DNA of 64,000 nucleotides from Candidatus Eiseniibacteriota bacterium (GCA_963823555.1 CAWGMA010000001.1:1184001-1248000); one strand, 5' to 3'. Counted from the stretch's first letter, positions 19,737 to 29,571 are shown. The notes: generated by a model not told the origin, from the sequence alone. Translations and numbers: made by a program.

Positions 19737-21143
19737 ATGAGCAAGAGCGAACGGAGAAAAGCGGAGGCGCGCCTCCAGGCCCTGCTGGCGACGAGCGACG
19801 TACTCGCTCTCGTGCTCGCCGTGATGGCAGCCTACGGCTTGCGATTCGCCTCCCCGCTCGTGGTCTTCTTCCCTGTTACCAAGGGGGTGCCTCCGCTCAG
19901 CCTCTACGTCGCTGCTGCCTTCGTCCTGGCCGCCGTCCTGATCCCCACGTTTGCCGCCATCGGGCTCTATCGCCCGCGGCTTCGTCTCGATCTCGCATCC
20001 CAGATGCGGCATGCGGCCCGCGGCGTATGGTGGGTCATGCTGGTGGCCATGGCTCTCGGCTTCTTCTACCGGGGGGAGAGCTTCTCGCGGCTCACGCTCT
20101 TGATCGCGGTCATGCTCCTTCTCCTCCTTGTGCCCATGGGGCGGGCGCTTGCCGTGGGTCCCCTGGCCAGGCGTTTCCTGCGTCCCTCGCGTCTGGCCGT
20201 GGTCGGTAGCGGCGGGAGCGCGCGCGAACTGGCCGCCCGACTGCGCGGGGCTCCCGAACCCGGGGCGCAGTTCGTCGGCCGCTTCGGGGACGACGAGGAT
20301 CAGGGCGGGGGCGAGGCCCCGGCCGGGCGGCTGGTCGATGTCGCGGGGCTCGTTACCCGCGGCGCCATCGATCGCGTCATCCTCGCTCTCGACGCGAGCG
20401 AGGCGGAGCGGGGGGCCGATCTGATCGCCGAACTGGCTCGCTTCGCCATCGAGATCGAGTGGCTCCCGGACCTCGAGGCTCTCGGACCAGGTTGCGTTCG
20501 CCTCGATGAAATGCTCGGCATGCCCGTCGTCGTCCTCGGCGAGTTTCCTCTTCTCGGCTGGAACAGCGCCGCCAAGCGCACCATGGATATCGCGCTCAGC
20601 GCTGCCGGCATGCTCACCCTGGCCCCGCTCTTCGCTGCCATCTGCGTCGCCATCAAGGCCTCGAGTCGAGGGCCGGTCATCTACCATCAAGACCGCGTCG
20701 GGCGCGACGGCAGACGTTTCGAGATGCACAAGTTCCGGACCATGAGGCTCGATGCCGAGACCCACTCGGGCCCCATCGCCGCTGCCCGGGAGGATCCGCG
20801 CGTGACATCCATCGGGCGCTTCCTTCGGCGCACGAGCCTCGATGAGTTGCCGCAGTTGTGGAATGTGCTGCGAGGGGAAATGAGCCTGGTCGGGCCGCGG
20901 CCGGAGCGACCTTGTTTCATCGATGATCTGGCAACCGAGATTCCGGATTACCTGCGTCGGCAGCGCGTGAAGTCGGGGATGACCGGTTGGGCCCAGATCC
21001 ACGGCCTGCGCGGCGGGGATTCGCCCATGGACGCCCGCATCCGCTGCGACCTCTACTACATCGAGAACTGGTCCCTGGCGCTCGATCTGCGCATTCTCTT
21101 CCGCACCATCTTCACGCTCCACCGGCAGCACAACGCGTATTGA
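19737..21143 (+). CDS. Undecaprenyl-phosphate glycosyl-1-phosphate transferase (WcaJ-like)
   Basis: [38 protein letters not shown]. Confidence 0.93.
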   Translation: MSKSERRKAEARLQALLATSDVLALVLAVMAAYGLRFASPLVVFFPVTKGVPPLSLYVAAAFVLAAVLIPTFAAIGLYRPRLRLDLASQMRHAARGVWWVMLVAMALGFFYRGESFSRLTLLIAVMLLLLLVPMGRALAVGPLARRFLRPSRLAVVGSGGSARELAARLRGAPEPGAQFVGRFGDDEDQGGGEAPAGRLVDVAGLVTRGAIDRVILALDASEAERGADLIAELARFAIEIEWLPDLEALGPGCVRLDEMLGMPVVVLGEFPLLGWNSAAKRTMDIALSAAGMLTLAPLFAAICVAIKASSRGPVIYHQDRVGRDGRRFEMHKFRTMRLDAETHSGPIAAAREDPRVTSIGRFLRRTSLDELPQLWNVLRGEMSLVGPRPERPCFIDDLATEIPDYLRRQRVKSGMTGWAQIHGLRGGDSPMDARIRCDLYYIENWSLALDLRILFRTIFTLHRQHNAY

Positions 21144-21188
21144 TGGGTCAAGGGGCGGGTGGCGACAGCCGGGGAGGGCGCTGCCTCC

Positions 21189-21824
21189 CTAGAACCTGAA
21201 AGCGATCCCTCCTGAAATCGAGATCGTTTCGCTCCGACTGCCGAGGTTGAGCTCGGTCAGGAACTCGTGCTTGCTGCTGAAGGGGTAGTCGAGGCCGAAG
21301 CGCACGTTCACGTCGAGATCGGTGTCGTCGTTGGCATTGCCGATCATGAACATGATGGCGCCGTAGGGAATGAGCGTGGTGCCGCCGCTCGTGGTGAAGG
21401 CCTTGGAGGCCACCGGACCGAAGTCGAAGTCGATCAGATCGAGATCACCTGCATGCTGCCAGCCGAAGGCGAAATCGCCGGCGAGATCCACGGGGAAATC
21501 GTTGCTCGCCCGGAAGAAGCGGTGCTTCACGTCTCCGGTGAGGCCGAAGAGCGTCTCGTTGCCATAGTCGAGGTCCGGGAAGCCGATCTGGACACCGATA
21601 TCGGTGTTGTCGGAGACTCCGGTGCGCATCTGGGCGACGATTCCGATCGGTTCTCCGAGGAGCAGGAAGCCGCCGAGGACGAAGTCATCCTTGCCGTATG
21701 GGACGGCGGTCGACCAGGTACCGAGGACCTGAGCCGGCGCTGCGGCCGGGATCATCAGCAGCAGGGAGATCGCCACCCATGCGAAGCGGGAGATGTGCTG
21801 CTTGGCGAGACGGGCGAGAGCCAT
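21189..21824 (-). CDS. Putative outer-membrane beta-barrel protein
   Basis: Signal peptide, alternating beta-strand pattern, C-terminal GIAFRF; SD AAGGAG; promoter TTGACG-N18-TAGCCT at 21956-21927. Confidence 0.65.
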   Translation of the reverse strand: MALARLAKQHISRFAWVAISLLLMIPAAAPAQVLGTWSTAVPYGKDDFVLGGFLLLGEPIGIVAQMRTGVSDNTDIGVQIGFPDLDYGNETLFGLTGDVKHRFFRASNDFPVDLAGDFAFGWQHAGDLDLIDFDFGPVASKAFTTSGGTTLIPYGAIMFMIGNANDDTDLDVNVRFGLDYPFSSKHEFLTELNLGSRSETISISGGIAFRF

Positions 21825-22048
21825 GGCGCATACTCCTTTCGGCAGGCCAGCCGGTTGCCAGGTGCCGGCGGCTCGGCTCAGGTCGCATCGGGAGCCGAGA
21901 GCCACGCTGTTCACGAGGCGGGCGGCAGGCTAACATCCGTCTCCTCGCGCCGTCAACGCGACAGCCGGATCGACGCGGTGCTGTTGGGGGCGGGACCTCA
22001 CCGCGCGGGGCTCGTTTCGGCGTCGGTCCGCCAGGGGGAGAGTGAATC

Positions 22049-23125
22049 TTGCACACCGTGCTCTCAGTCGTCGGAGTGCGGCCGCAGTTCGTGAAGCACG
22101 CACCCGTGTCCCGGGCCTTGCGAGCGCGGTTCCGCGAGCTGGTCGTCCATACCGGACAGCACTACGACGTCGCCATGTCCCACCTCTTCTTCGAGGAGCT
22201 GGGCATTCCCGAGCCCGATCGCCACCTGGGCGTGGGTTCCGGAACGCATGCCGAGCAGACGGGGCTCGTGGCCGAGCGCGTCGAGGCGGCCGTCGAGGAG
22301 CTGCGTCCTGATCTGGTCCTGGTGTTCGGCGATACCAACTCGACCCTCGGCGCTGCCCTGGCCGTGGCCAAGCTGCGCGTGCCGCTCGGGCATGTCGAGG
22401 CTGGTGTCCGCAGCGGCATGGCCGGGATGGCGGAGGAGATCAACCGCATCCTGGTCGACCATGCCTCGGATCTCCTGTTCGTTCCCACGCCGGCGGGTGT
22501 CCAGCATCTCCGGCGGGAAGGGGCCCATGGCGCGATTCACTTGGTCGGGGACGTGATGTGCGATGCGCTCGAGATGCACCTGGCGCGCGCCGCCCAGCGG
22601 CCGCATCCGGCCGGGGCTCTCGGCCTCGATCCAGGCGGTTACGTCCTCCTGACGATTCACCGGGCCGAGAACACGGATGATCCCCGCGCCCTGGCAGCGA
22701 TCCTCGATGGAGTGGCCGCGGTACGCGAGCCCATCCTGTTCCCCGTGCACCCGCGAACGAGGAAGGCTCTGGCCGAGCACGGCCTCGAGAAGCGCCTCGC
22801 GGCATGCGCCCATATCCGGGCCGTCGAGCCGGTGGGCTACCTCGACATGCTGGTGCTCGAGCGCGATGCTCGGATCGTGGTGACCGATTCCGGTGGCGTG
22901 CAGAAGGAAGCCTACCTGGTGGGGACTCCCTGCCTCACGGTCTTCGCCGAGACATCGTGGCCGGAAACGGTCGACGCGGGGTGGAATCGGCTGGTTCCGG
23001 CGGCGCGCGAGGAGATTGCCGCGGCCATCGCCGAATTCCAGCCCGCGGGGCCGCGACCGCCACTCTACGGGGATGGGCATGCCGCCGGGCGGATCAGCGA
23101 CATCATCGCAGACGTCCTCGGCTGA
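22049..23125 (+). CDS. wecB: UDP-GlcNAc 2-epimerase (non-hydrolysing)
   Basis: GVRPQFVK, HTGQHYD, HVEAGVRS, TDSGGVQKEA. Confidence 0.93.
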   Translation: MHTVLSVVGVRPQFVKHAPVSRALRARFRELVVHTGQHYDVAMSHLFFEELGIPEPDRHLGVGSGTHAEQTGLVAERVEAAVEELRPDLVLVFGDTNSTLGAALAVAKLRVPLGHVEAGVRSGMAGMAEEINRILVDHASDLLFVPTPAGVQHLRREGAHGAIHLVGDVMCDALEMHLARAAQRPHPAGALGLDPGGYVLLTIHRAENTDDPRALAAILDGVAAVREPILFPVHPRTRKALAEHGLEKRLAACAHIRAVEPVGYLDMLVLERDARIVVTDSGGVQKEAYLVGTPCLTVFAETSWPETVDAGWNRLVPAAREEIAAAIAEFQPAGPRPPLYGDGHAAGRISDIIADVLG

Positions 23126-23176
23126 GGAGCGCCGTGGCGCGACGGGCATCGAGGAGGGAGGGTGGTGCCGCCAGCG

Positions 23177-24022
23177 CTAGCGGCGGGTCGAGCGCTCGCG
23201 GAGCTTCTTGAGCTCGGACTCGCTCAGGCTATCGATTCCCTCGCGAGAGATCTTGTCCAGGATCGCATCGACCTCGGCCTCTTCGTTCTTGGGCGGTCTC
23301 GGGGGGCGGGTTGGCTTGGGCTGGGCGGCCCTGGGTTCGACCACCCGGAGCCCGCGGGAGCGGGCGCGTAGCTTCCGCCGCCAGCGGCCCAGGGCCGATG
23401 CGGGGCGCCAGTCCGCCCGGAGGTAGAGGAAGGCCACCGCCATCCCCGCCAGATGCGTGACGTGTCCGATCCCGTCCGAGGCGAAGCTACGGGCAGAGAG
23501 GAACTCCATCACGGCGTAGATGAGCACGAAGATACGGGCCGGGATGGGGAAGATGAAAGCAAGGAGAATGGGAGTGTCTGGATAGAGCATGGCGAAGGCG
23601 ACGAGCACTCCCATGACGGCTCCCGAGGCTCCGATCGTGGGCGTGCCCGAACCCAGCATGAAAAGCGCCGTGGCCACACCGGCCGCAATCCCCACGGTGA
23701 AGTAGAACTTCATGAATGCGTCGTATCCCCATTCACGTTCGATCGGTACGCCGAACATCCAAAGGGCGAACATGTTCATGAGGATGTGCCAGAAGTTGCC
23801 GTGGAGGAAGAGGTAGGTGGCGAGCTGCCAGATGTGGAACTCGCCGAAGACCGCCCGGGGTACCAGACCGAACGTCTGGTTCCAGGGGAACTCCACATAG
23901 AGCTGGGTGAGCAGGAAGATCCCGACGTTGGCGATGAGAAGCTGCTTCACCGCCCGTGTGAGCGGGCCGGGACCGAATGAGCTCATGGCACCTGACATGG
24001 TGAATCGGTTCGGGGTTCGCAT
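23177..24022 (-). CDS. Rhomboid intramembrane serine protease with C-terminal DUF6576-like domain; start uncertain
   Basis: HILMNM, GASG, HLAG; tail VDAILDKISREGIDSLS. Confidence 0.9.
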   Translation of the reverse strand: MRTPNRFTMSGAMSSFGPGPLTRAVKQLLIANVGIFLLTQLYVEFPWNQTFGLVPRAVFGEFHIWQLATYLFLHGNFWHILMNMFALWMFGVPIEREWGYDAFMKFYFTVGIAAGVATALFMLGSGTPTIGASGAVMGVLVAFAMLYPDTPILLAFIFPIPARIFVLIYAVMEFLSARSFASDGIGHVTHLAGMAVAFLYLRADWRPASALGRWRRKLRARSRGLRVVEPRAAQPKPTRPPRPPKNEEAEVDAILDKISREGIDSLSESELKKLRERSTRR

Positions 24023-24210
24023 CGTCCACTCTGGGGGCAGCCAAGTCGGGAGCAGGGGGATTCTAGCATCGGGCCGGGCTGCCGCCAACGTGGAGGACCC
24101 GTTTCTCATGGCCTTGTCGCGTTCACTCAAGTCCAGCTAAGCTTGAGTCGGGCCGTGCCGCCCTCCCAGGGCCTCGAGCAGCATCGTGCCCGAGCCCGCG
24201 GCATGCACGA

Positions 24211-25209
24211 GTGGGCGGCCGACCGCCGTCGGAAAGGAGCTTCGGTATCGTGTCTTCGAGGTTCAAGCCTAGGTTCTGGTTGTTTCTGGCGCCGGCTGTG
24301 GCTGTCGCCATCGGATCCTCCGTCCTTGGTCGAGCGGAAGAAGGGGGCGCCGGCTGGGACCCGGATCTCTCCCGGGGTGGATACGACATCTGGATGACGC
24401 GTGATCTGGGAGATGGGCGGTGGTCGGTCCCGGAGAACCTGGGACCGGATGTGAACACGGCCAATCGCGAGATGAGCCCGGCGTTGAGTCCGGACGGGAA
24501 GCTTCTCTACTTCGCGGCGCGGGACCGTGCCGACTCGACCCATCAGGGAGCGGACGACATCTACGTCTGTGAACGCGACGGCAACGGCTTCGGCCCGGCC
24601 CGGAACATGGGACCGGCGATCAACACGGTGTGGGAAGAGATCAGCCCGTGCCCGTTCCCAGATATGAAGACCTTCATGTTCTGTCGCCATGATGTCGTGC
24701 AACGTTCCTACGATCTCGCGCTGTCCCTGAACGTGGAAGGGGAGTGGCTCGAGGCCATCGGCCTCGGGCGGCCGCTGAACACGCCGGGCGAGGAGCGTTT
24801 CCCATCGGTCACCGCCGATGGCAAGGAGCTCTACTTCTGTGCCCAGTGGCGTGCGGGGCGGGGCAGCTGGGATATCTGGCAGTCCTATCGCGATGACCAG
24901 GGCAGCTGGAGCGATCCGATCAACCTCGGGCCCCGCATCAACACTCGGGATTCCGAGTATTCTCCTGCCATCTCGGGAGATGGCAAGCGCTTGTTCTTCG
25001 CATCCCAGCGCGGTGACAGTCGCAATTTCGACGTCTATCTGAGCGTGCGCCAGGAGGGCGGTACGTGGCAGGATCCGGTGCGACTGCCGGAGCCGGTCAA
25101 CAGCCGCTTCAACGAGTACTGCCCGGCGGTGGCTCCGGACGGCAAGACGCTCTACTTCGCTTCCGATCGCCACCGGGGTCGGGAGCTCGCGCCCGAGGTG
25201 GACGAGTGA
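24211..25209 (+). CDS. Exported PD40/TolB-like beta-propeller protein
   Basis: Five NLGPxINT...SPxxSxDGK-type repeats; hydrophobic N-terminal segment. Confidence 0.8.
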   Translation: MGGRPPSERSFGIVSSRFKPRFWLFLAPAVAVAIGSSVLGRAEEGGAGWDPDLSRGGYDIWMTRDLGDGRWSVPENLGPDVNTANREMSPALSPDGKLLYFAARDRADSTHQGADDIYVCERDGNGFGPARNMGPAINTVWEEISPCPFPDMKTFMFCRHDVVQRSYDLALSLNVEGEWLEAIGLGRPLNTPGEERFPSVTADGKELYFCAQWRAGRGSWDIWQSYRDDQGSWSDPINLGPRINTRDSEYSPAISGDGKRLFFASQRGDSRNFDVYLSVRQEGGTWQDPVRLPEPVNSRFNEYCPAVAPDGKTLYFASDRHRGRELAPEVDE

Positions 25210-25249
25210 ACGGCCACGATCGCCGGTCGCAGAGTACCCAGGTTCAGCG

Positions 25250-25630
25250 ATGAGCCAAGAAACCCCTGATGATGGCGAAACCAGCGTCCCCGCCCCCGAG
25301 CTCTGCTTGCGGGGTGGGGAGTGCTGTTATGTATGCGGCATCTCGCTGTCGAGCGGTGATGCTGCGGTCTGCTACCGGGACCGCCGTTTCTGGGATCAAT
25401 CCTTCTACTATCACGCCGGGTGCTGGGCCGACGCCGGTCTGCACCGGGAATCCATGGGACCAGACGCCCTGGCTAGTGGGTTAGTGGTCGAACTGGCCCC
25501 GGTGCCCTGCCTCGTTTGCCACGAGACGATCGAGAGTGGCGAGCTCATCAGGCGCGAGTGGGTGCGCGAAGGGAAGGGCGTGCGCATCGTCCATGCGCGC
25601 TGCTCCCCGCCGGGGAACGCGGCCGGCTGA
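25250..25630 (+). CDS. Small Cys/His-rich hypothetical protein with two CxxC...HxxC units
   Basis: CYVC...HAGC and CLVC...HARC; TGATG coupling to the next gene. Confidence 0.6.
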   Translation: MSQETPDDGETSVPAPELCLRGGECCYVCGISLSSGDAAVCYRDRRFWDQSFYYHAGCWADAGLHRESMGPDALASGLVVELAPVPCLVCHETIESGELIRREWVREGKGVRIVHARCSPPGNAAG

Positions 25631-27783
25631 TGGCACCCAGGCCTGAGCGCCCGGGGCGGCGGGCGGTCATCCTGCTCGTGCTGCTCGGGCTCGGCCTACG
25701 GCTCCTCTTCGCCGCTGCGCTCAGCGATGCCCCGGCTTTTCGGGTCCCCATTCTCGACGCGGCGGCCTATGACCGCTGGGCACGTGCCATTGCCAGCGGC
25801 GACCTCTGGCCACGTGAACCCTTCCACCTGGCGCCGCTCTATCCCTACCTGTGCGGCCTGGTGTACGCCTTGGCGCCGGACGGTCCCCTCGCGGTCGTGG
25901 TCCTCCAGCATCTGGCCGGGACAGCCCTGGCTCTGGCGGCAGGGATCCTGGCCGCGGGCCTGGGCGGTGCGGTAGCCGGGGTTGCCGCCACGTTCCTCGT
26001 GGCCACGTACGGTTCGCTGCTGCTGCACGAGAACCTGTTGCTTCCCGAGGTCCTGGGCGCGGTGCTCCTGTGGTCGGGGACCGCCATTCTCCTCGGCGCG
26101 ATGCGCGGACCCGAGTTGCCCCCGAGGGCGGCATTCAAGAGCGGGCTCGGGTTCGGACTCGCCGCGCTGGTGCGGCCGACGACTCTCCTTCCGGCCGCCG
26201 TGCTCGCGGTCTGGATCGCCATCCGGGCCCCGGGTGGCAGGGAATCCCGCCGGCGGACGGCCGTCCTCTTCATCGCAGCTGTTCTCCTCGCTGTCCTGCC
26301 GGTCACGCTCATCAACCGCCTCGCCGGAGGCGAGTGGGTGCTGGTCACGGCGAGCGGCGGATTCAACTTCTACGTCGGCAATCACGCGGACGCAGACGGT
26401 GGCTACGTGCAGCCGGCCGGTGTGGCGTTCACGCCGGGAGATGCCGGCGATCCCACGGGCCGGAGCCTGGCGGAGCAGGCGATGGGGCGCCCGCTTCGAA
26501 CGCGGGAGGTATCGGACTACTGGCTGGGTCGAGCACTCGATTTCATCCGTGAAGAACCGGGAAGGGCCCTCGCGCTTTACGGTCGGAAGATCTCCCTCTT
26601 CTGGAGCCGGGCCGAGATCCCGCAGATTGTCGACCTGCCGGCGGTGCGCGAGGAAGTGCCTCTCCTTCGCCGTTTGCCGCTGTCGGGGCCCTGGTTGCTC
26701 ATGCCTCTCGCCCTTCTCGGGCTCGTGATCGCCTTTCCGGGTCGACGCGAGGGCGAGGTCCTCCGCGTGGTCCTGATCACCTTCACCCTGGCCACGGCGC
26801 TCTTCTTCATCACCGAGCGCTACCGGATCCAGGCCGTGCCGCTTCTGGCCGTCGTCGCCGGCGGGGGCGCCGCCCGCGTCCTCACGATGATCCGGAGCGG
26901 GCGGCGGGTGCAGCTGTTGCTTGCGGTGGGGGCGCTCGTTCTCGCCGTGATGGCCGTTGATCCGCGCTGGCTGGGGCTTGGCGGGCGCCTGGGCCATCCC
27001 TGGGTGCCACCGATGAACCGTGCCCTCGGCCTGATTCGCACGGGCGCCGATTCCAGCGTCATCGCGCAATCCTTTGCCGATGCCGTGGCGCAGGGCCCGG
27101 AGGCATCCCGTGTCTACGTCAATCGCGGCGAGTGGCTCAGGCAGCGTGGTGATCTCGCCGGGGCTCGGCAGGACCTGATGCGGGCCGTCGCTCTCGATCC
27201 GGGTGACCCGCTGGCGTGGACGGCGCTCGGCGGCCTCGAGGCGGCTGCGGGACGGAATGCTGCGGCCGAGGCGAACTACGCCCGGGCGCTCGCCATCGAA
27301 CCGGGGCATGCCCCGGCCGCGCTCGGCCTCGGACAGGTCCTCCTCACCATGAGGCGGCCGGAGGAAGCGCTGGCGCCGCTCCGCCTCGCGCTCGCTGGTC
27401 CCGACTCCGCCGCCGCCCATGATGCACTCGGGGTCGCGCTTCTCATGACCGGCGCCCGCGATGAGGGCCTCGCCCATATCGAGCGGGCGCTCGCCATCGA
27501 TCCCGGCCGGGCGACGTTCCACCTCCACCTCGGGCTCGCCCTGGCCGAGGGTGGACGCCTGGCTGCCGCCGAGGCCGCGATCGGGGCCTCGCTCGCGCTC
27601 GATCCCGGTCACCGGGCGGCGCGCCTGTCGGCGATTCTCCTCGCTCGCGACCGGGGAGATTTCACCGGGGCGCGGGCACATCTGGACACGCTTCTGGCCT
27701 GGAATCCGGAAGACCAGGAAGCACTCCGGCTCAAGGCCGAACTCGGCGCGGCAGGGGAGACGCCGGAACCGCGCATGCGTTGA
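25630..27783 (+). CDS. GT-C fold membrane glycosyltransferase (PMT/ArnT-like) with C-terminal TPRs
   Basis: ILDAAAYDRWA, PLYPY, GFNFYVGN, ERYR; TPR repeats (ALALDP/ALAIEP). Confidence 0.8.
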   Translation: MAPRPERPGRRAVILLVLLGLGLRLLFAAALSDAPAFRVPILDAAAYDRWARAIASGDLWPREPFHLAPLYPYLCGLVYALAPDGPLAVVVLQHLAGTALALAAGILAAGLGGAVAGVAATFLVATYGSLLLHENLLLPEVLGAVLLWSGTAILLGAMRGPELPPRAAFKSGLGFGLAALVRPTTLLPAAVLAVWIAIRAPGGRESRRRTAVLFIAAVLLAVLPVTLINRLAGGEWVLVTASGGFNFYVGNHADADGGYVQPAGVAFTPGDAGDPTGRSLAEQAMGRPLRTREVSDYWLGRALDFIREEPGRALALYGRKISLFWSRAEIPQIVDLPAVREEVPLLRRLPLSGPWLLMPLALLGLVIAFPGRREGEVLRVVLITFTLATALFFITERYRIQAVPLLAVVAGGGAARVLTMIRSGRRVQLLLAVGALVLAVMAVDPRWLGLGGRLGHPWVPPMNRALGLIRTGADSSVIAQSFADAVAQGPEASRVYVNRGEWLRQRGDLAGARQDLMRAVALDPGDPLAWTALGGLEAAAGRNAAAEANYARALAIEPGHAPAALGLGQVLLTMRRPEEALAPLRLALAGPDSAAAHDALGVALLMTGARDEGLAHIERALAIDPGRATFHLHLGLALAEGGRLAAAEAAIGASLALDPGHRAARLSAILLARDRGDFTGARAHLDTLLAWNPEDQEALRLKAELGAAGETPEPRMR

Positions 27784-27942
27784 CCAGGTGCTGCCGGCTC
27801 TGCTAGCTTCGCCGCCCGATCACCGCGCGTTCGCCGTGAGCTTCCGATGAGGGCGGAACCGGAGGGGGAGGCGCGCGCGCCGTCGCTGGCGAGCCCCTGG
27901 CTCTTGTGGACCGCCCCCCATCTGTCCCGAGGGATCTTCCCC

Positions 27943-28560
27943 ATGAACCCGCTCGAGAAATCACCGCTCAAGGCCGGGCCTGCCGCTTCGCAGGTGGCCG
28001 CGGCACCCGGTGTCAAGTCCGACCGCTGGATTCGGCGGATGGCGCTCGAGCACCGCATGATCGAACCCTTCGAGCGACCGCCAGGTGCGCGAGGGCGTCA
28101 TCTCGTACGGGCTCTCGTCGTACGGCTACGACATCCGCATCGCCGACGAGTTCCGGATCTTCACCAATGTCAACTCGACGATCGTCGACCCGAAGCACTT
28201 CGACACCAAGTCCCTGGTCGATTTCAATGGGCCGGTCTGCATCATCCCGCCCAACTCCTTCGCCCTGGGCCGGTCCGTCGAGTACTTCCGCATCCCGCGC
28301 CACGTGATCACGATCTGCGTCGGGAAGTCGACCTATGCGCGCTGCGGGATCATCACCAACGTGACCCCGTTCGAGCCCGAGTGGGAGGGCTTCGTCACGC
28401 TCGAGATCTCGAACACGACGCCGCTGCCGGCCCGCATCTACGCCAACGAGGGCATCGCCCAGGTGCTGTTCTTCGAGGCGACGAGGAGTGCGAGATCTCC
28501 TACGCGGACAAGAAGGGCAAGTACCAGGGGCAGACCGGGGTCACGCTGCCGCGGCTGTAG
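27943..28560 (+). pseudogene. dcd: dCTP deaminase with two compensating frameshifts (pseudogene or sequence error)
   Basis: [15 protein letters not shown] in frame [12 protein letters not shown]...GKSTYARCG...[10 protein letters not shown] in frame B (from 28085); [13 protein letters not shown] back in frame A. Confidence 0.85.
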
Positions 28561-28637
28561 GCCGAGCCGGGGGGCGGGCTCTTACTACCAGCGTGCGCGC
28601 CCGGCCCGGGCCCCGCGACGGGGCGCGATACAATCCC

Positions 28638-28666
28638 TTTACAATCGAGCGAAATTGCGGTACGGT
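28638..28666 (+). promoter_or_regulatory. Sigma70 promoter
   Basis: TTTACA-N17-TACGGT upstream of the 28772 gene. Confidence 0.5.
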
Positions 28667-28771
28667 AGTAATCTAGCGGTTGCCCGGCTCGATGCGAGGT
28701 GTCTCGTGACAGTGATCGAGACGGTGCTGCCACTCCTACGGTAATGGATAGCACCTCAAGGAGGCCCATCA

Positions 28772-29476
28772 ATGAGGAGTTCGTTACTTGCCATCGCTCT
28801 CGTCGCCTGTCTGATCCCGGCGGCGGCCCTGGCTCAGTGGTCGGATAACTTCGACGCGTATGCGCCCGGGGGCCTGATCGGACAAAGTCCCTGGGATGGC
28901 TGGCAGGGGAACCCTGCCGCGGACGCGAATGTCACCGCCGCGCTATCCCGCAGTGCTCCGCACTCGGTCGAGATCTTGCCGACCTCGGATGTGGTCAACG
29001 ACATGGGTGCGCTGTACAGCTCCGGCCAGTACAGGCTGACTGGCTGGTGTTACGTTCCTGGCAACGCGACTGGCTCTCAGTACATGATCGTGACGAACAC
29101 GTACGTTCTTCCAAACACCTTCAATTGGTCGGCCCAGATCCTGTTTGACGGGACTGCGGGCGTCGTGGAAGACGACGTGACGGGCGCTCCGGGCGGTGGT
29201 GACCCCACGTTGCCGCTGATCCGCGACCGCTGGGTGCGGTGCGAGCTGCTGATCGACCTCGATACCGATAGCCAGACCTTCAGCTATGACGGTCAGGTGC
29301 TCTACACGGATACCTGGACCAACCATGTCAGCGCGAACGGAAGCCTCACGATTGCGGTGATCGATCTCTTCTCGAATGGTGGTGATTCCATCTACTGGGA
29401 TGACCTGGAACTCGTCGACCTGGGCGCCACCGCGGTCGAGCCCTCGACCTGGGGGCAGATCAAGAGCCGCTTCTAG
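28772..29476 (+). CDS. Secreted beta-sandwich (lectin/LamG-like) protein with C-terminal TWGxIK tail
   Basis: Signal peptide ending ALA-Q, SD AAGGAGG, ends ATAVEPSTWGQIKSRF. Confidence 0.8.
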   Translation: MRSSLLAIALVACLIPAAALAQWSDNFDAYAPGGLIGQSPWDGWQGNPAADANVTAALSRSAPHSVEILPTSDVVNDMGALYSSGQYRLTGWCYVPGNATGSQYMIVTNTYVLPNTFNWSAQILFDGTAGVVEDDVTGAPGGGDPTLPLIRDRWVRCELLIDLDTDSQTFSYDGQVLYTDTWTNHVSANGSLTIAVIDLFSNGGDSIYWDDLELVDLGATAVEPSTWGQIKSRF

Positions 29477-29510
29477 GAAACCCCCTCTTCGGGGAGGTAT
29501 CCGCCTTCGA

Positions 29511-29548
29511 GCAGAGGCCCGGGAATCCTCAGATTCCCGGGCCTCTGC
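29511..29548. terminator. Perfect 17-bp hairpin between convergent genes
   Basis: GCAGAGGCCCGGGAATC-CTCA-GATTCCCGGGCCTCTGC; no clear U tract. Confidence 0.65.
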
Positions 29549-29571
29549 ATGCGCGCTCGCCCGGTGGCTGC

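Noticed and set aside
23177..24022. Rhomboid as the dedicated sortase for TWG-tail proteins
   Set aside because: It looks like the widespread DUF6576-tailed rhomboid, and the TWG tail has no TM helix for intramembrane cleavage. Proximity alone is not evidence.
24211..25209. Repeats as a possible CRISPR or DNA repeat array
   Set aside because: These are degenerate protein-level PD40 repeats. No identical DNA repeats with spacers and no cas genes were seen in the window.
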